Shown here one piece after another: positions 53,814 through 62,484 of a stretch of 64,000 nucleotides of DNA. This DNA comes from Veillonellales bacterium (GTDB taxonomy: Bacteria > Bacillota > Negativicutes > Veillonellales > Dialisteraceae), in contig CALXPQ010000004.1 of assembly GCA_944390485.1 (NCBI GenBank), positions 33,985 through 97,984 on the forward strand, given 5' to 3'. The stretch's first letter is position 1. Each line of letters starts with the position of its first letter. The translations under genes were made by a program, and so were the position numbers. A model generated the notes under the pieces. That model worked only from the letters and a program-made list of their open reading frames with translations. It had not been told where the DNA came from and searched no databases.

Positions 53814-54192
53814 TTCTACGATGGACGGGGAAAGAATTCGGTATACGCTTCCCCGGGAGACCCGCATCCGCCGCAATGGGGATTACCGCCGGATCTATGC
53901 CCGCGGGAAGCGATTCAATAATCGGGCAGGCCTTCTGTATGTCGTGAAGGCGCCGGGCCGGCCGACGAGGATCGGCTTCGTGACGACGAAGAAGATCGGC
54001 CACGCATTCGCGCGCAACCGGGCTCGCCGCCTGATGAAGGAAGTGTACCGTCTCCACCGGCATGAGCTCGCCGGGGGACATGAGGCGGTCTTCCTCGCCG
54101 GTTCCTTTCTGACCCGTGCATCCTATCAGGAGGCCGAAAAAGCCGTCCTCGCTCTGTGGCGCAAAGCCGGAATGATGGAGGCGCACGCATGA
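53806..54192 (+). CDS. rnpA: ribonuclease P protein component
   Basis: [18 protein letters not shown]...[26 protein letters not shown] is the RnpA signature. The start is either the GTG at 53806 or the ATG at 53821. Confidence 0.9.
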   Translation: MPDSTMDGERIRYTLPRETRIRRNGDYRRIYARGKRFNNRAGLLYVVKAPGRPTRIGFVTTKKIGHAFARNRARRLMKEVYRLHRHELAGGHEAVFLAGSFLTRASYQEAEKAVLALWRKAGMMEAHA

Positions 54193-54398
54193 AAGCATTC
54201 TTGATCGGAGCCATCCGTTTCTATCAGGTTTATCTTTCACCGCTGAAGCCGCCGTGCTGCCGGTTCGTGCCGACATGCAGCGAGTATGCGCTGGAAGCAA
54301 TTCAAAAATATGGTCCTGTCAAAGGCAGCTGGCTCGCAGTCAAGCGGATCTCGAAATGCCACCCTTTCCACAAAGGCGGCTACGATCCCGTACCGTGA
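54189..54398 (+). CDS. yidD: membrane protein insertion efficiency factor YidD
   Basis: [42 protein letters not shown]. It overlaps the rnpA stop as ATGA. Confidence 0.9.
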   Translation: MKAFLIGAIRFYQVYLSPLKPPCCRFVPTCSEYALEAIQKYGPVKGSWLAVKRISKCHPFHKGGYDPVP

Positions 54399-54556
54399 GG
54401 GGTTGCTTTTTCTTTTTTTACGGATTTTGCCCGCCGGCAGAGCAAATGAAATCCAGCTTGCTCCGGCCGCGGGGTTTTCCCGGGGAAAACAGGCGCCGCA
54501 TCCCGGCGCGCATCAATGCGGATGAAATGAAGGCCGCGTAAGGAGAAAACGATACC

Positions 54557-55663
54557 ATGTCAGATTTTCAGATTCCGATTCTGGCCCAGCTCGTGGGGCT
54601 CCTCGCGGACTGGATGCGCATCGCGCTCCAGTTCTGCTACGAGATGTCCACCGACTTCGGCCTGCCGAGCTACGGCATTGCGATCATCGTCCTGACGATC
54701 CTCATCAAGATCGTCCTGCTTCCGCTCGCCGTGAAGCAGATCCGCTCCATGAAAGCCATGCAGGAGCTCCAGCCGAAGATCCAGGAGATCCAGAAGAAAT
54801 ACAAGGGCGACCGGGCGAAGATCAGCTCGGAGATGCAGAAGCTCTACCGGGACGCGCACGTGTCCCCGCTGGCGGGATGCCTGCCGCTTCTCATCCAGAT
54901 GCCTTTCCTTGTTTCCATTTACTACGCCCTGCAGGGATTCCCCTACGACCCGGCGCACGAGAGCTTCCTCTGGCTGGACAGTCTCGCCTCGCCGGACTCC
55001 ACGTACATCCTGCCCGTGCTGTCCGCCCTCTCCACCTGGGTGATCTCCTGGCAGACCACGCCGAAGAACGTCCAGGGCTCGCAGAAGACGATGCTCTACA
55101 TCATGCCGCTCTTCATCGGCTACATCAGCCTGTCCTTCCCGAGCGGCCTCGTCATCTACTGGGTGGTGTGCAATATTTTCCAGCTCATCCAGCAGACGAT
55201 CATGTTCCGCGGGGAGATGAAGGAAAAACTGGCGGCGAGCCGCAAAGGCGTCGTCACCATCCATACGCCCCGCCGCGGTGAGGCGAAGAAGACCGTGAAG
55301 AAAGTCGCGGTGAAGAAGAGCGCTAAAGCGGAGAAGGAAGAAGAAGCGAAGAAGGCGAAAGCCGAAGCGAAACGCGCGGCGCGGAAGGCCCGCGCGAAAG
55401 CCGCCGCCGAAGCGAAAGCCGAAGAGGAAGCGGCCGACGCGGACGAAGCGCCGAAGGCGGAGACGGCCGCGGAAACCCTGCAGACGGAAGCCCCGGCCGA
55501 AGCGCCGAAGGCAGAGACGCCCGCGGAAGCGCCGGAAGCGGAGGCCCCGGCGGAAGACCGCCCGGCCGCACCGCAGGAAGACGCGCCCGCCGCGGAGCCG
55601 CAGGCCGCGGAAAAAGCGCCGGAGACGGACGCCGCAGAAGCAGGAAAAGAGGACAGGAAATGA
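54557..55663 (+). CDS. yidC: YidC/Oxa1-family membrane insertase with a long Lys/Ala/Glu/Pro-rich C-terminal extension
   Basis: The conserved core includes LLPLAVKQIRSMKAMQELQPKIQEIQKKYK and GLVIYWVVCNIFQLIQQ. The last roughly 130 aa are low-complexity. Confidence 0.9.
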   Translation: MSDFQIPILAQLVGLLADWMRIALQFCYEMSTDFGLPSYGIAIIVLTILIKIVLLPLAVKQIRSMKAMQELQPKIQEIQKKYKGDRAKISSEMQKLYRDAHVSPLAGCLPLLIQMPFLVSIYYALQGFPYDPAHESFLWLDSLASPDSTYILPVLSALSTWVISWQTTPKNVQGSQKTMLYIMPLFIGYISLSFPSGLVIYWVVCNIFQLIQQTIMFRGEMKEKLAASRKGVVTIHTPRRGEAKKTVKKVAVKKSAKAEKEEEAKKAKAEAKRAARKARAKAAAEAKAEEEAADADEAPKAETAAETLQTEAPAEAPKAETPAEAPEAEAPAEDRPAAPQEDAPAAEPQAAEKAPETDAAEAGKEDRK

Positions 55664-56625
55664 AAACAGTACGTGTCACAGGAAAAACGGTGGAAGAAGC
55701 CGTAGCGGAGGGCATCGCCCGGCTCGGCATCTCCCGGGAAGAAGCGATCGTCCACGTGGTGGAAGAACCGTCCGGCGGCCTCTTCGGGCTGCTCCGCCGG
55801 AAACAGGCCGTGGTAGACGTGAGCTGCATGGACGACGAAGGCGCGGCGCAGCAGTTCCTCGACGAGCTCGCTCAGGAAGGGCGCGAAGCCGCTGCCCGCG
55901 CGAAGGCGGAGAACGCCGCGGCCGTACAGGGCCTCGCCTCCGCGGACGAAGCGGAAGCGGCGGACGAAGCGTCGGCCGCGCAGGCAGACGCGCCGCAGGC
56001 GGAAGAGACGCCGGCGGCAGAGCCCGCAGCCGACGCGCCGCAGGCCGAAGCGGCCTCTGCGGAAGAAACGGCACCCGCCGGGGAAGACGCCGCGGCGGAC
56101 GGCGAAGCGGCAGAGGCGCCGGCCGAAGAAGGCCGGAAGGCCCGCCGGGACGAAACGCCCTTCTCTCAGGAAGAGCAGAACGCCACCGCGGAAGAAGCGA
56201 AGAAATTCCTCGCCGGCGTATTCCGGGGCATGGGCCTCGACGTCACCATGGAAAAGATGACGAACGAAGAGCGCATCCTCCTGAACCTCCGCGGCCGCGG
56301 CCTGGGCATCCTCATCGGGAAGCACGGCCAGACGCTGAACGCGCTCCAGTACCTGACGAACCTCGCGGCGGGGCGGCTCTACCATCACCGCTACTTCGTT
56401 ATGCTCGACGTGGAGAACTACCGCTCCCGCCGGGAACAGACCCTCACCGCGCTGGCCCGCCGCCTCGCGGAGAAGGCGAAGCGCACCGGCCAGCCCGTGG
56501 AGCTCGAACCGATGGAGCCGGGCGAACGGCGCATCATCCATCTGGCGCTCCAGCACGATCCGGACGTGGCCACCGACAGCGAAGGCGAAGGCTCGTACCG
56601 CCACGTGGTCATCCATGCGAAATAA
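55660..56625 (+). CDS. jag: Jag/KhpB RNA-binding protein (Jag_N + KH + R3H) with an acidic Ala/Glu-rich insert
   Basis: The N-terminus is MKTVRVTGKTVEEAVAEGIARLGI. The KH region is LIGKHGQTLNALQYL and the R3H-like region is MEPGERRIIHLAL. It overlaps the yidC stop as ATGA. Confidence 0.85.
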   Translation: MKTVRVTGKTVEEAVAEGIARLGISREEAIVHVVEEPSGGLFGLLRRKQAVVDVSCMDDEGAAQQFLDELAQEGREAAARAKAENAAAVQGLASADEAEAADEASAAQADAPQAEETPAAEPAADAPQAEAASAEETAPAGEDAAADGEAAEAPAEEGRKARRDETPFSQEEQNATAEEAKKFLAGVFRGMGLDVTMEKMTNEERILLNLRGRGLGILIGKHGQTLNALQYLTNLAAGRLYHHRYFVMLDVENYRSRREQTLTALARRLAEKAKRTGQPVELEPMEPGERRIIHLALQHDPDVATDSEGEGSYRHVVIHAK

Positions 56626-56630
56626 TTCGG

Positions 56631-56662
56631 AAACAGCGGGGACATCTCCGCTGTTTTTCTTT
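56631..56662 (+). terminator. intrinsic terminator after jag
   Basis: Stem ACAGCGG (56633-56639) pairs with CCGCTGT (56648-56654), followed by TTTTCTTTT. Confidence 0.65.
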
Positions 56663-56679
56663 TGCCCGAAGGAGGCTCT

Positions 56680-57612
56680 ATGAATCCGCTCGAACCGCTC
56701 CTCGCCCGGGAGCCTTTCCTCGTGCTGGACGGCGCGCTCGCCACCGAACTGGAACGGGCGGGCTTTGCCATCGACGACCCGCTCTGGTCCGCGCTCGCCC
56801 TCATGGACGCGCCGGAGCGCATCGCCGCCGTCCACCGGTCCTACCTCGAAGCGGGGGCGGACGTCATCACCACCGCGAGCTATCAGGCGACGGTCCCCGG
56901 CTTCCGGCGGAAAGGCTGCACCGCTGCGGAAGCCCGCCGCCTCCTGCGCCGCTCCGTGCGCCTCGCGAAGGACGCGCGGGACGCATACGAAGAGGAAACG
57001 GGCCGCCATGCCCTCGTGGCCGCCTCCGTCGGCCCATACGGCGCGTACCTCGCGGACGGCTCGGAATACCGCGGCCGGTACGGCCTCTCCCGGGCGGCCC
57101 TCGCGGCGTTCCACCGGGAGCGCCTCGCCCTCCTCTGGGACGAAGGGCCTGATCTCATCGCCTGTGAGACGATCCCCTGCCTCGAGGAGGCGGAGGCCCT
57201 CGCGGACGCGCTCGCGCCGTACCCGGCTGGCTGTGCGTGGGTGTCCTTCTCCTGCGCGGACGGGCGCCATACCTGCGGCGGGGACGACATCGCCCGGTGC
57301 GCCGCCTTCCTGGACGGGGTGCCGCAGATCGCGGCGGCGGGCGTGAACTGCGCCGCGCCGGCATACATCGCGCCGCTCCTTTCGCGGATGCGTGCGCACA
57401 CGGCGAAGCCGCTCGCGGCCTATCCCAATTCCGGCGAGGTCTTCGACACGGCGCGGCGGATGTGGATGGGACGGCCTGCGGATTTCGCCGCCCTCGTCCC
57501 CGCGTGGCACGCCGCCGGGGCGCGGCTCATCGGGGGCTGCTGCCGCACTACGCCGGACACCATCCGCGCCCTCGCGCGCGTGCGGGACCGTCTGCAGGGA
57601 GGCCGCTCATGA
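56680..57612 (+). CDS. mmuM: homocysteine S-methyltransferase
   Basis: It has the Hcy-binding domain LVLDGALATELE, the zinc Cys motif GVNC, and the C-terminal GGCCRTTP. The start is at MNPLE (56680) with a GAAGGAGG RBS. Confidence 0.85.
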   Translation: MNPLEPLLAREPFLVLDGALATELERAGFAIDDPLWSALALMDAPERIAAVHRSYLEAGADVITTASYQATVPGFRRKGCTAAEARRLLRRSVRLAKDARDAYEEETGRHALVAASVGPYGAYLADGSEYRGRYGLSRAALAAFHRERLALLWDEGPDLIACETIPCLEEAEALADALAPYPAGCAWVSFSCADGRHTCGGDDIARCAAFLDGVPQIAAAGVNCAAPAYIAPLLSRMRAHTAKPLAAYPNSGEVFDTARRMWMGRPADFAALVPAWHAAGARLIGGCCRTTPDTIRALARVRDRLQGGRS

Positions 57613-58148
57613 TCTGGCTTCTCACCGGCGCGTCCCACACGGGCAAGACCGCCCTCGCCCGGCGCATTCTCGTCGCGCGGCCCCGGCTCTCCCTCTCGCT
57701 CGACCTGCTGAAAATGGGCTGTATCCGCGGAGGGCTCACGGCGCTCACCCCGGAAGACGACGACGCGCTCGCCGCGTTCCTCTGGCCCGTGGTGCGGGGC
57801 GTCATGCGGACCGCACTGGAAAACGGGCAGGACCTCCTCATCGAGGGCGGGTATATCCCCGAGGACTGGGAGGAGGATTTCACGGCGGACGAGCGCCGGT
57901 TCATCCGGTATGGCGGCCTCGTCATGACGGAGACGTACATCCGGACGCACTGGGCGGACATCCTCGCCCACGGATGTGATGCGGAGCGGCGGAAAGACCC
58001 GTCGTGGACCATGGCGGACGCGCTGGCGGACAACGCGCAGCATGAGGCGGCCTGTCTCCGCCGGGGTCTGCCCATCCTGTATATCCGGGAAGACTGGGAG
58101 CAGGACACCGCCCGTTGGCCGCAGGTTTTCCCGGACGGGGCGGTATAA
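57609..58148 (+). CDS. small P-loop NTPase/kinase-like protein
   Basis: This is the internal start MIWLLTGASHTGKTALARR (Walker A), which overlaps the mmuM stop as ATGA. Length is about 179 aa. The family is not resolved. Confidence 0.55.
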   Translation: MIWLLTGASHTGKTALARRILVARPRLSLSLDLLKMGCIRGGLTALTPEDDDALAAFLWPVVRGVMRTALENGQDLLIEGGYIPEDWEEDFTADERRFIRYGGLVMTETYIRTHWADILAHGCDAERRKDPSWTMADALADNAQHEAACLRRGLPILYIREDWEQDTARWPQVFPDGAV

Positions 58149-58172
58149 TAGGGAAAAGAAAGGAGGCGCGCC

Positions 58173-59009
58173 GTGAATCAGAAGAATTTTTACAGGGGCA
58201 AGCACATCCTCCTCGTGGGCGCATCGGGCGGCCTCGGGCAGGAACTGGCCCGTCAGCTCGCGGCGCGCGGGGCCGGGCGGCTCGTGCTCTCCGGGCGCAA
58301 CGAAGCGGCGCTCGCCGCGCTGGCGGACGAAGTGCGGGCCGCGGGGACGGCGGCGGACGTCCTTCCGTGCGACGTGCGGGACCGGGACGCGCTGGCCCGC
58401 TGCCTCGAGCGCGCGCTGGAAGGCGGCCTCGACGGGGCGTTCCTCGCGTGCGGCGTCGCGCCGGGGAAGAGCGCCGACGGGCTCGAAGAGCCGGAAGAGA
58501 TGACGCGGTGTTTCGCGGTGAACGTGCTCGCCCCGGCGTCCGCGCTGGTCCTGCTCTGCCGCGGATGGGAGCGTGCCGGCCGGGGCCGGCGCTTCGCGGT
58601 GGTCGTCACGTCGCAGGCGGGGCTCCTGCCGCTCCCCTTCGCGCCGACGTACGCCGCGTCGAAAGCGGCGATGAACGCGCTCGGGGAAGGCCTGCGGGAC
58701 CGCCTCGCCGCGGCGGGCGCAGCGCTCACCCTCGTCATGCCGGGCTTCTTCGACAGCCCCATGGGCCGCCGGTTCCGGGGGAAGCGGAAGTGGTTCTCCC
58801 TGTCCGCGGAGGAAGCCGCCAGGCGGACGCTCGACGGGACGGCCCGCGGAGAAGCGCGGTGCATCTTCCCGTGGGAGCTCGCCTGCGGTATCTGGCTGGC
58901 GAACCATCTGCCGGCGCGGATCGTGAAGCCCGTCATGCAGGCCTTCGCCTTCGATACCGCTCCCGACGAGGAGAGCGCGGCCCGCGGGAGAGAGGACGGC
59001 CGGCGCTGA
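58173..59009 (+). CDS. SDR-family oxidoreductase
   Basis: It has VGASGGLG (a TGxxxGxG-type motif) and the YAASKAA catalytic motif. The start is GTG with an AAAGGAGG RBS. Confidence 0.8.
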   Translation: MNQKNFYRGKHILLVGASGGLGQELARQLAARGAGRLVLSGRNEAALAALADEVRAAGTAADVLPCDVRDRDALARCLERALEGGLDGAFLACGVAPGKSADGLEEPEEMTRCFAVNVLAPASALVLLCRGWERAGRGRRFAVVVTSQAGLLPLPFAPTYAASKAAMNALGEGLRDRLAAAGAALTLVMPGFFDSPMGRRFRGKRKWFSLSAEEAARRTLDGTARGEARCIFPWELACGIWLANHLPARIVKPVMQAFAFDTAPDEESAARGREDGRR

Positions 59010-59118
59010 CCGGCAGGCGGCGGCAAGGGCGGGCCCTGCGGGCGGTTTCCCCGGCGGCAGGGGCGAGGCAATCGATGTGTTTCACGGGAAACGGACGGTC
59101 TGGAAAGGAGGCAGCGGA

Positions 59119-59988
59119 ATGGATCTGGAAATCTTGCGGGCGTTCCTGGTGACGGCGCGGGAGGAGAATGTCACGCGGGCGGCGCGGCTTCTCCATGTGT
59201 CGCAGCCGGCCCTGTCGCGGCAGCTCCGGCAGCTGGAAGAGGAGCTGGGGACGGCGCTGTTCCTGCGGGGGCAGCACAGCGTGTCGCTCACGGAGGCGGG
59301 GATGCTGTTCCGCCGGCGGGCGCAGGAGATGCTGAGCCTCGCCGAGCGGGCGCGGGCGGAGCTGGCCCGGTCGGGAGAGGCGCTTACGGGGGAGATTGCC
59401 GTGGGGTGCAATGAGTCGCGGAGCATGCGGGAGCTGGCGGAATGGATCGTGGCGTTCCGCCGGACGCATCCGCTGGTGAAGTTCACGCTCCGCAGCGGCG
59501 GCAATGAAGATATCCAGGCGTGGCTGGAGCAGGGGGCGGTGGATTTCGGCATCCTGGTGGAGCCGGCGGCGGTGGCGCGGTATTCCTACGTGCGGATGCG
59601 GAGCCGGGACGAATGGGGCGTGCTGGTGCACGGGTCGTCGCGGCTGGCGGAGCGCGCCGGGATCCGCGCGGAAGATCTGATGGAAGTGCCGCTCATCACG
59701 GTGATGGACGAGACGATCCACCGGGCGCTGGCCCGCTGGTCGGGGCCGTATGCGGACCGGATGATGCCCATCGTCCATTACAATCTGCTGGCGAACGCGG
59801 CGACGCTGGTGGAGGCGCGGGCGGGCGCGGCCGTCTGTCCCCGGCCGGACGGGGTCCGGGAGGGGCTCCGCTTCGTGCCGTTCGATCCGCCGTTCCGGCT
59901 GGGCGCGCAGATCGCGTGGAAGACGCGGCAGGTGTTCGCGCCGGCGGCCGCGGCGTTCGCGGAGTATCTGGAGCGGCGCGGCGGGTGA
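59119..59988 (+). CDS. LysR-family transcriptional regulator
   Basis: MDLEILRAFLVTAREENVTRAARLLHVSQPALSRQLRQLEEELG is the LysR HTH. The start is at 59119 with an AAAGGAGG RBS. Confidence 0.9.
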   Translation: MDLEILRAFLVTAREENVTRAARLLHVSQPALSRQLRQLEEELGTALFLRGQHSVSLTEAGMLFRRRAQEMLSLAERARAELARSGEALTGEIAVGCNESRSMRELAEWIVAFRRTHPLVKFTLRSGGNEDIQAWLEQGAVDFGILVEPAAVARYSYVRMRSRDEWGVLVHGSSRLAERAGIRAEDLMEVPLITVMDETIHRALARWSGPYADRMMPIVHYNLLANAATLVEARAGAAVCPRPDGVREGLRFVPFDPPFRLGAQIAWKTRQVFAPAAAAFAEYLERRGG

Positions 59989-60105
59989 TGCGTTTCCTGC
60001 ATGGGCGAGACTCAGGAATGGGCATTTCCGCTTCCGCTGCGGAACGGGTAAGATGAAGACGTACCGAAAGGGGCGTCTTTTTTTACGGCACAGGGAGGGA
60101 ACGGG

Positions 60106-60759
60106 ATGAAAAAAACAATCGTCGTGGTGGGCGCGGGGCCCGGGCTGGGCAATACGATAGCGCGGGAGTTCGCTTCGCACGGATTCTGGGCGGCGCTCGT
60201 CGCGCGGAGCGAAGCGCATCTGGCAGCTTATGCGGAGGCCTTCCGCCGGGAGGACATCGAAGTGGATACGGAGGCGGCGGACGCGGCCCGGCCGGAGACG
60301 CTCACCCGGGCGCTCTCCGCGCTCACGGAGCGGCTGGGGACGCCGGACGTGCTGGTGTACAATGTGGGCGTCACGGCGCCGGACGGGGACCGGGCGGTCA
60401 CGTCGGAGCTCCTCATGGAGCGGTACCAGATCGACGCGGCCAGCGCGTGGCACTGCGCGTGCCTGACGGCGACGGAGGACTTCGCGGCGAAGCGCGGGGC
60501 CATCCTCTTCACGGGCGGCGGCTTCGCGCAGACGTTCCGCCCCGTGCCGGGCCTCGTGCCGCTCTGCATCGACAAGGCCGCGCTCCGCGCCATGGCCTGC
60601 ATCCTGCATCAGCAGCTCGCGCCGCGGGGCATCTTCGCGGGGACCGTGCTGATCCGCGGCGTGATCGCGCCGGGGGATGCGCGCTACGACCCGGCGGTCA
60701 TCGCCCGGGTGTACTGGGATATGTATGAGAAGCGGCAGGACCGGGAGATCCTGTATTGA
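60106..60759 (+). CDS. SDR-like Rossmann protein lacking the canonical catalytic Ser/Tyr
   Basis: VVGAGPGLG is the dinucleotide motif. The segment aligned to S...YxxxK reads FTGGGFA...PLCIDKAAL, so Ser becomes Gly and Tyr becomes Leu. Confidence 0.65.
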   Translation: MKKTIVVVGAGPGLGNTIAREFASHGFWAALVARSEAHLAAYAEAFRREDIEVDTEAADAARPETLTRALSALTERLGTPDVLVYNVGVTAPDGDRAVTSELLMERYQIDAASAWHCACLTATEDFAAKRGAILFTGGGFAQTFRPVPGLVPLCIDKAALRAMACILHQQLAPRGIFAGTVLIRGVIAPGDARYDPAVIARVYWDMYEKRQDREILY

Positions 60760-60775
60760 GCAGAGGAGGCATCGT

Positions 60776-61525
60776 ATGGAACAGAGACTGACAGGGAAGA
60801 CCGCGCTCGTCACCGGCGCGGGCACCGGCATCGGCCGGGCGGTGGCGCGCCGTTTCGCGGCGGAAGGGGCGGAGGTGCTCATCCTCGGCCGCACGGAGGC
60901 GACGCTCCGGGAGGCCGCGTCCGCGGACAGGAAGATCCGGTACACCGTGGCGGACATCGAGAAGGAAGACGATCTGGACCGCGTGACGGAACGCATCCGG
61001 CAGGACTGGGGCCGGCTGGATATCCTCGTGAACAATGCGGGCTGGGCGCCGGTCACGCCGATTTCCGAAGTGACCATGGCCGAGTACGACAAAGTCTTCG
61101 GCGTCAATGTGCGGGCGCTCGTCAATATGACGATCCACGCGCTCCCGCTCGTCAGAGCGGCCAGGGGGACGATCCTCAATATGTCCAGCGTGATCTGCCG
61201 GAACGCGCTGCCGAACATGTCCATGTACGCGGGGACGAAAGCGGCGGTGGAAATCTTCACGCGCATCTGGGCGAAGGAACTGGCCCGGGACGGCATCCGC
61301 GTGAACGCCATCGGCGTGGGCTCCATCGAGACGCCCATCTACGGCAAGACGGCGCTCTCGGCCAGCGGCATCCGCGAGCACATGGAGCGCATCGCCCGCG
61401 CCATCCCGCAGGGGCATTTCGGCCAGCCGGAGGACATCGCCGCGGTGGCGGCTTTCCTCGCGTCCGATGAGGCGCGGTTCGTCACCGGCTCGGTGTACGG
61501 CGTGGACGGCGGCTTCGGCGCGTGA
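60776..61525 (+). CDS. SDR-family oxidoreductase (FabG-like)
   Basis: This is the internal start MEQRLTGKTALVTGAGTGIGRA (GAGGAGG RBS). The motifs are NNAG and MSS...YAGTKAAV. Confidence 0.85.
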   Translation: MEQRLTGKTALVTGAGTGIGRAVARRFAAEGAEVLILGRTEATLREAASADRKIRYTVADIEKEDDLDRVTERIRQDWGRLDILVNNAGWAPVTPISEVTMAEYDKVFGVNVRALVNMTIHALPLVRAARGTILNMSSVICRNALPNMSMYAGTKAAVEIFTRIWAKELARDGIRVNAIGVGSIETPIYGKTALSASGIREHMERIARAIPQGHFGQPEDIAAVAAFLASDEARFVTGSVYGVDGGFGA

Positions 61526-61571
61526 AGGCACAAAAAAGAGGACCCGGAAGGGTCCTTTTCTATTGGGTCTG

Positions 61572-62306
61572 TCAGGCGAAGAGCATCGCCCCCGAGAGGA
61601 GGAGCAGGCCGTAGGTGATGCGCCGGAAGAGGGACTGGGAGATGCGCTCGTGGATGCGGTTGCCCAGCCACACCGCGGCGGCGAGGAACGGCAGGGCCGC
61701 GAGGAGCAGGACGGCGAACTCGGCGGTGTACACGCCGCGGCTCCAGTCGGAGATCATGAGGAGCGGATTGAGCGCGGTCCACACGGCGGCGGCGTTCGCC
61801 CGGAAGGCGTGCTTGTCCCGGAAGACCGCGGCGAGGTACACTACGAGGAGCGCCCCGCCGGAGACGAAGAGGCCGTGGATGATGCCCGCCGCGGGGAGGA
61901 TGGCCGTGAGGAGCGGCGCGGGGAGGCGCTTCTCCGAATGGACGAGGAGATTCTTCAGCGCTACCGCGATGAGGAGCGCCCCGTAGAGCGGGATGAGGAC
62001 GGACGCGTCGAGACGGGCGTAGAGCCACACGCCGGCGGCCATGCCGAGGAGCATGAGCCCCAGGATGTGCGCGAGGCGCCGCCGGTCGAGCCAGGCGCGG
62101 TTCTGCCACGCCACCGCGCCGCACAGGAGGAGGCCCAGCACATTGGCCAGCGCTTTCGCTAGGTCGGGGCCGAAGAGGAGGATGCACGGCGGCAGCGTGA
62201 GGAGCGTCCCGGCGAAGCCGGTGAGCGCCTGGATGACGTTCGCGCCGAAGATGACCGCGCAGTACAGCGCGAGCGCGGCCGGCGTGATGAAGGAAAACAG
62301 TTCCAT
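61572..62306 (-). CDS. TauE/SafE-family exporter (second copy)
   Basis: It is a polytopic 244-aa protein with FGANVIQALTGFAGTLLTLP typical of the family. A GGGAGG RBS is present. Confidence 0.7.
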   Translation of the reverse strand: MELFSFITPAALALYCAVIFGANVIQALTGFAGTLLTLPPCILLFGPDLAKALANVLGLLLCGAVAWQNRAWLDRRRLAHILGLMLLGMAAGVWLYARLDASVLIPLYGALLIAVALKNLLVHSEKRLPAPLLTAILPAAGIIHGLFVSGGALLVVYLAAVFRDKHAFRANAAAVWTALNPLLMISDWSRGVYTAEFAVLLLAALPFLAAAVWLGNRIHERISQSLFRRITYGLLLLSGAMLFA

Positions 62307-62484
62307 GAGGCACCTCCCTGTTCGTGATTCTTTCCTTATTATAAATCAGAATGACCGGTGAATACACCGGCGCATTTTCCGAGCGGCGGCGCGTCCTGCA
62401 TGTTATAATGAAACCAGAATAGGCGGATTAGACGCCTGACGCGCCGGGAAGCCGGCGATTCCCCGCAGAAAGGATGTCGAACGT

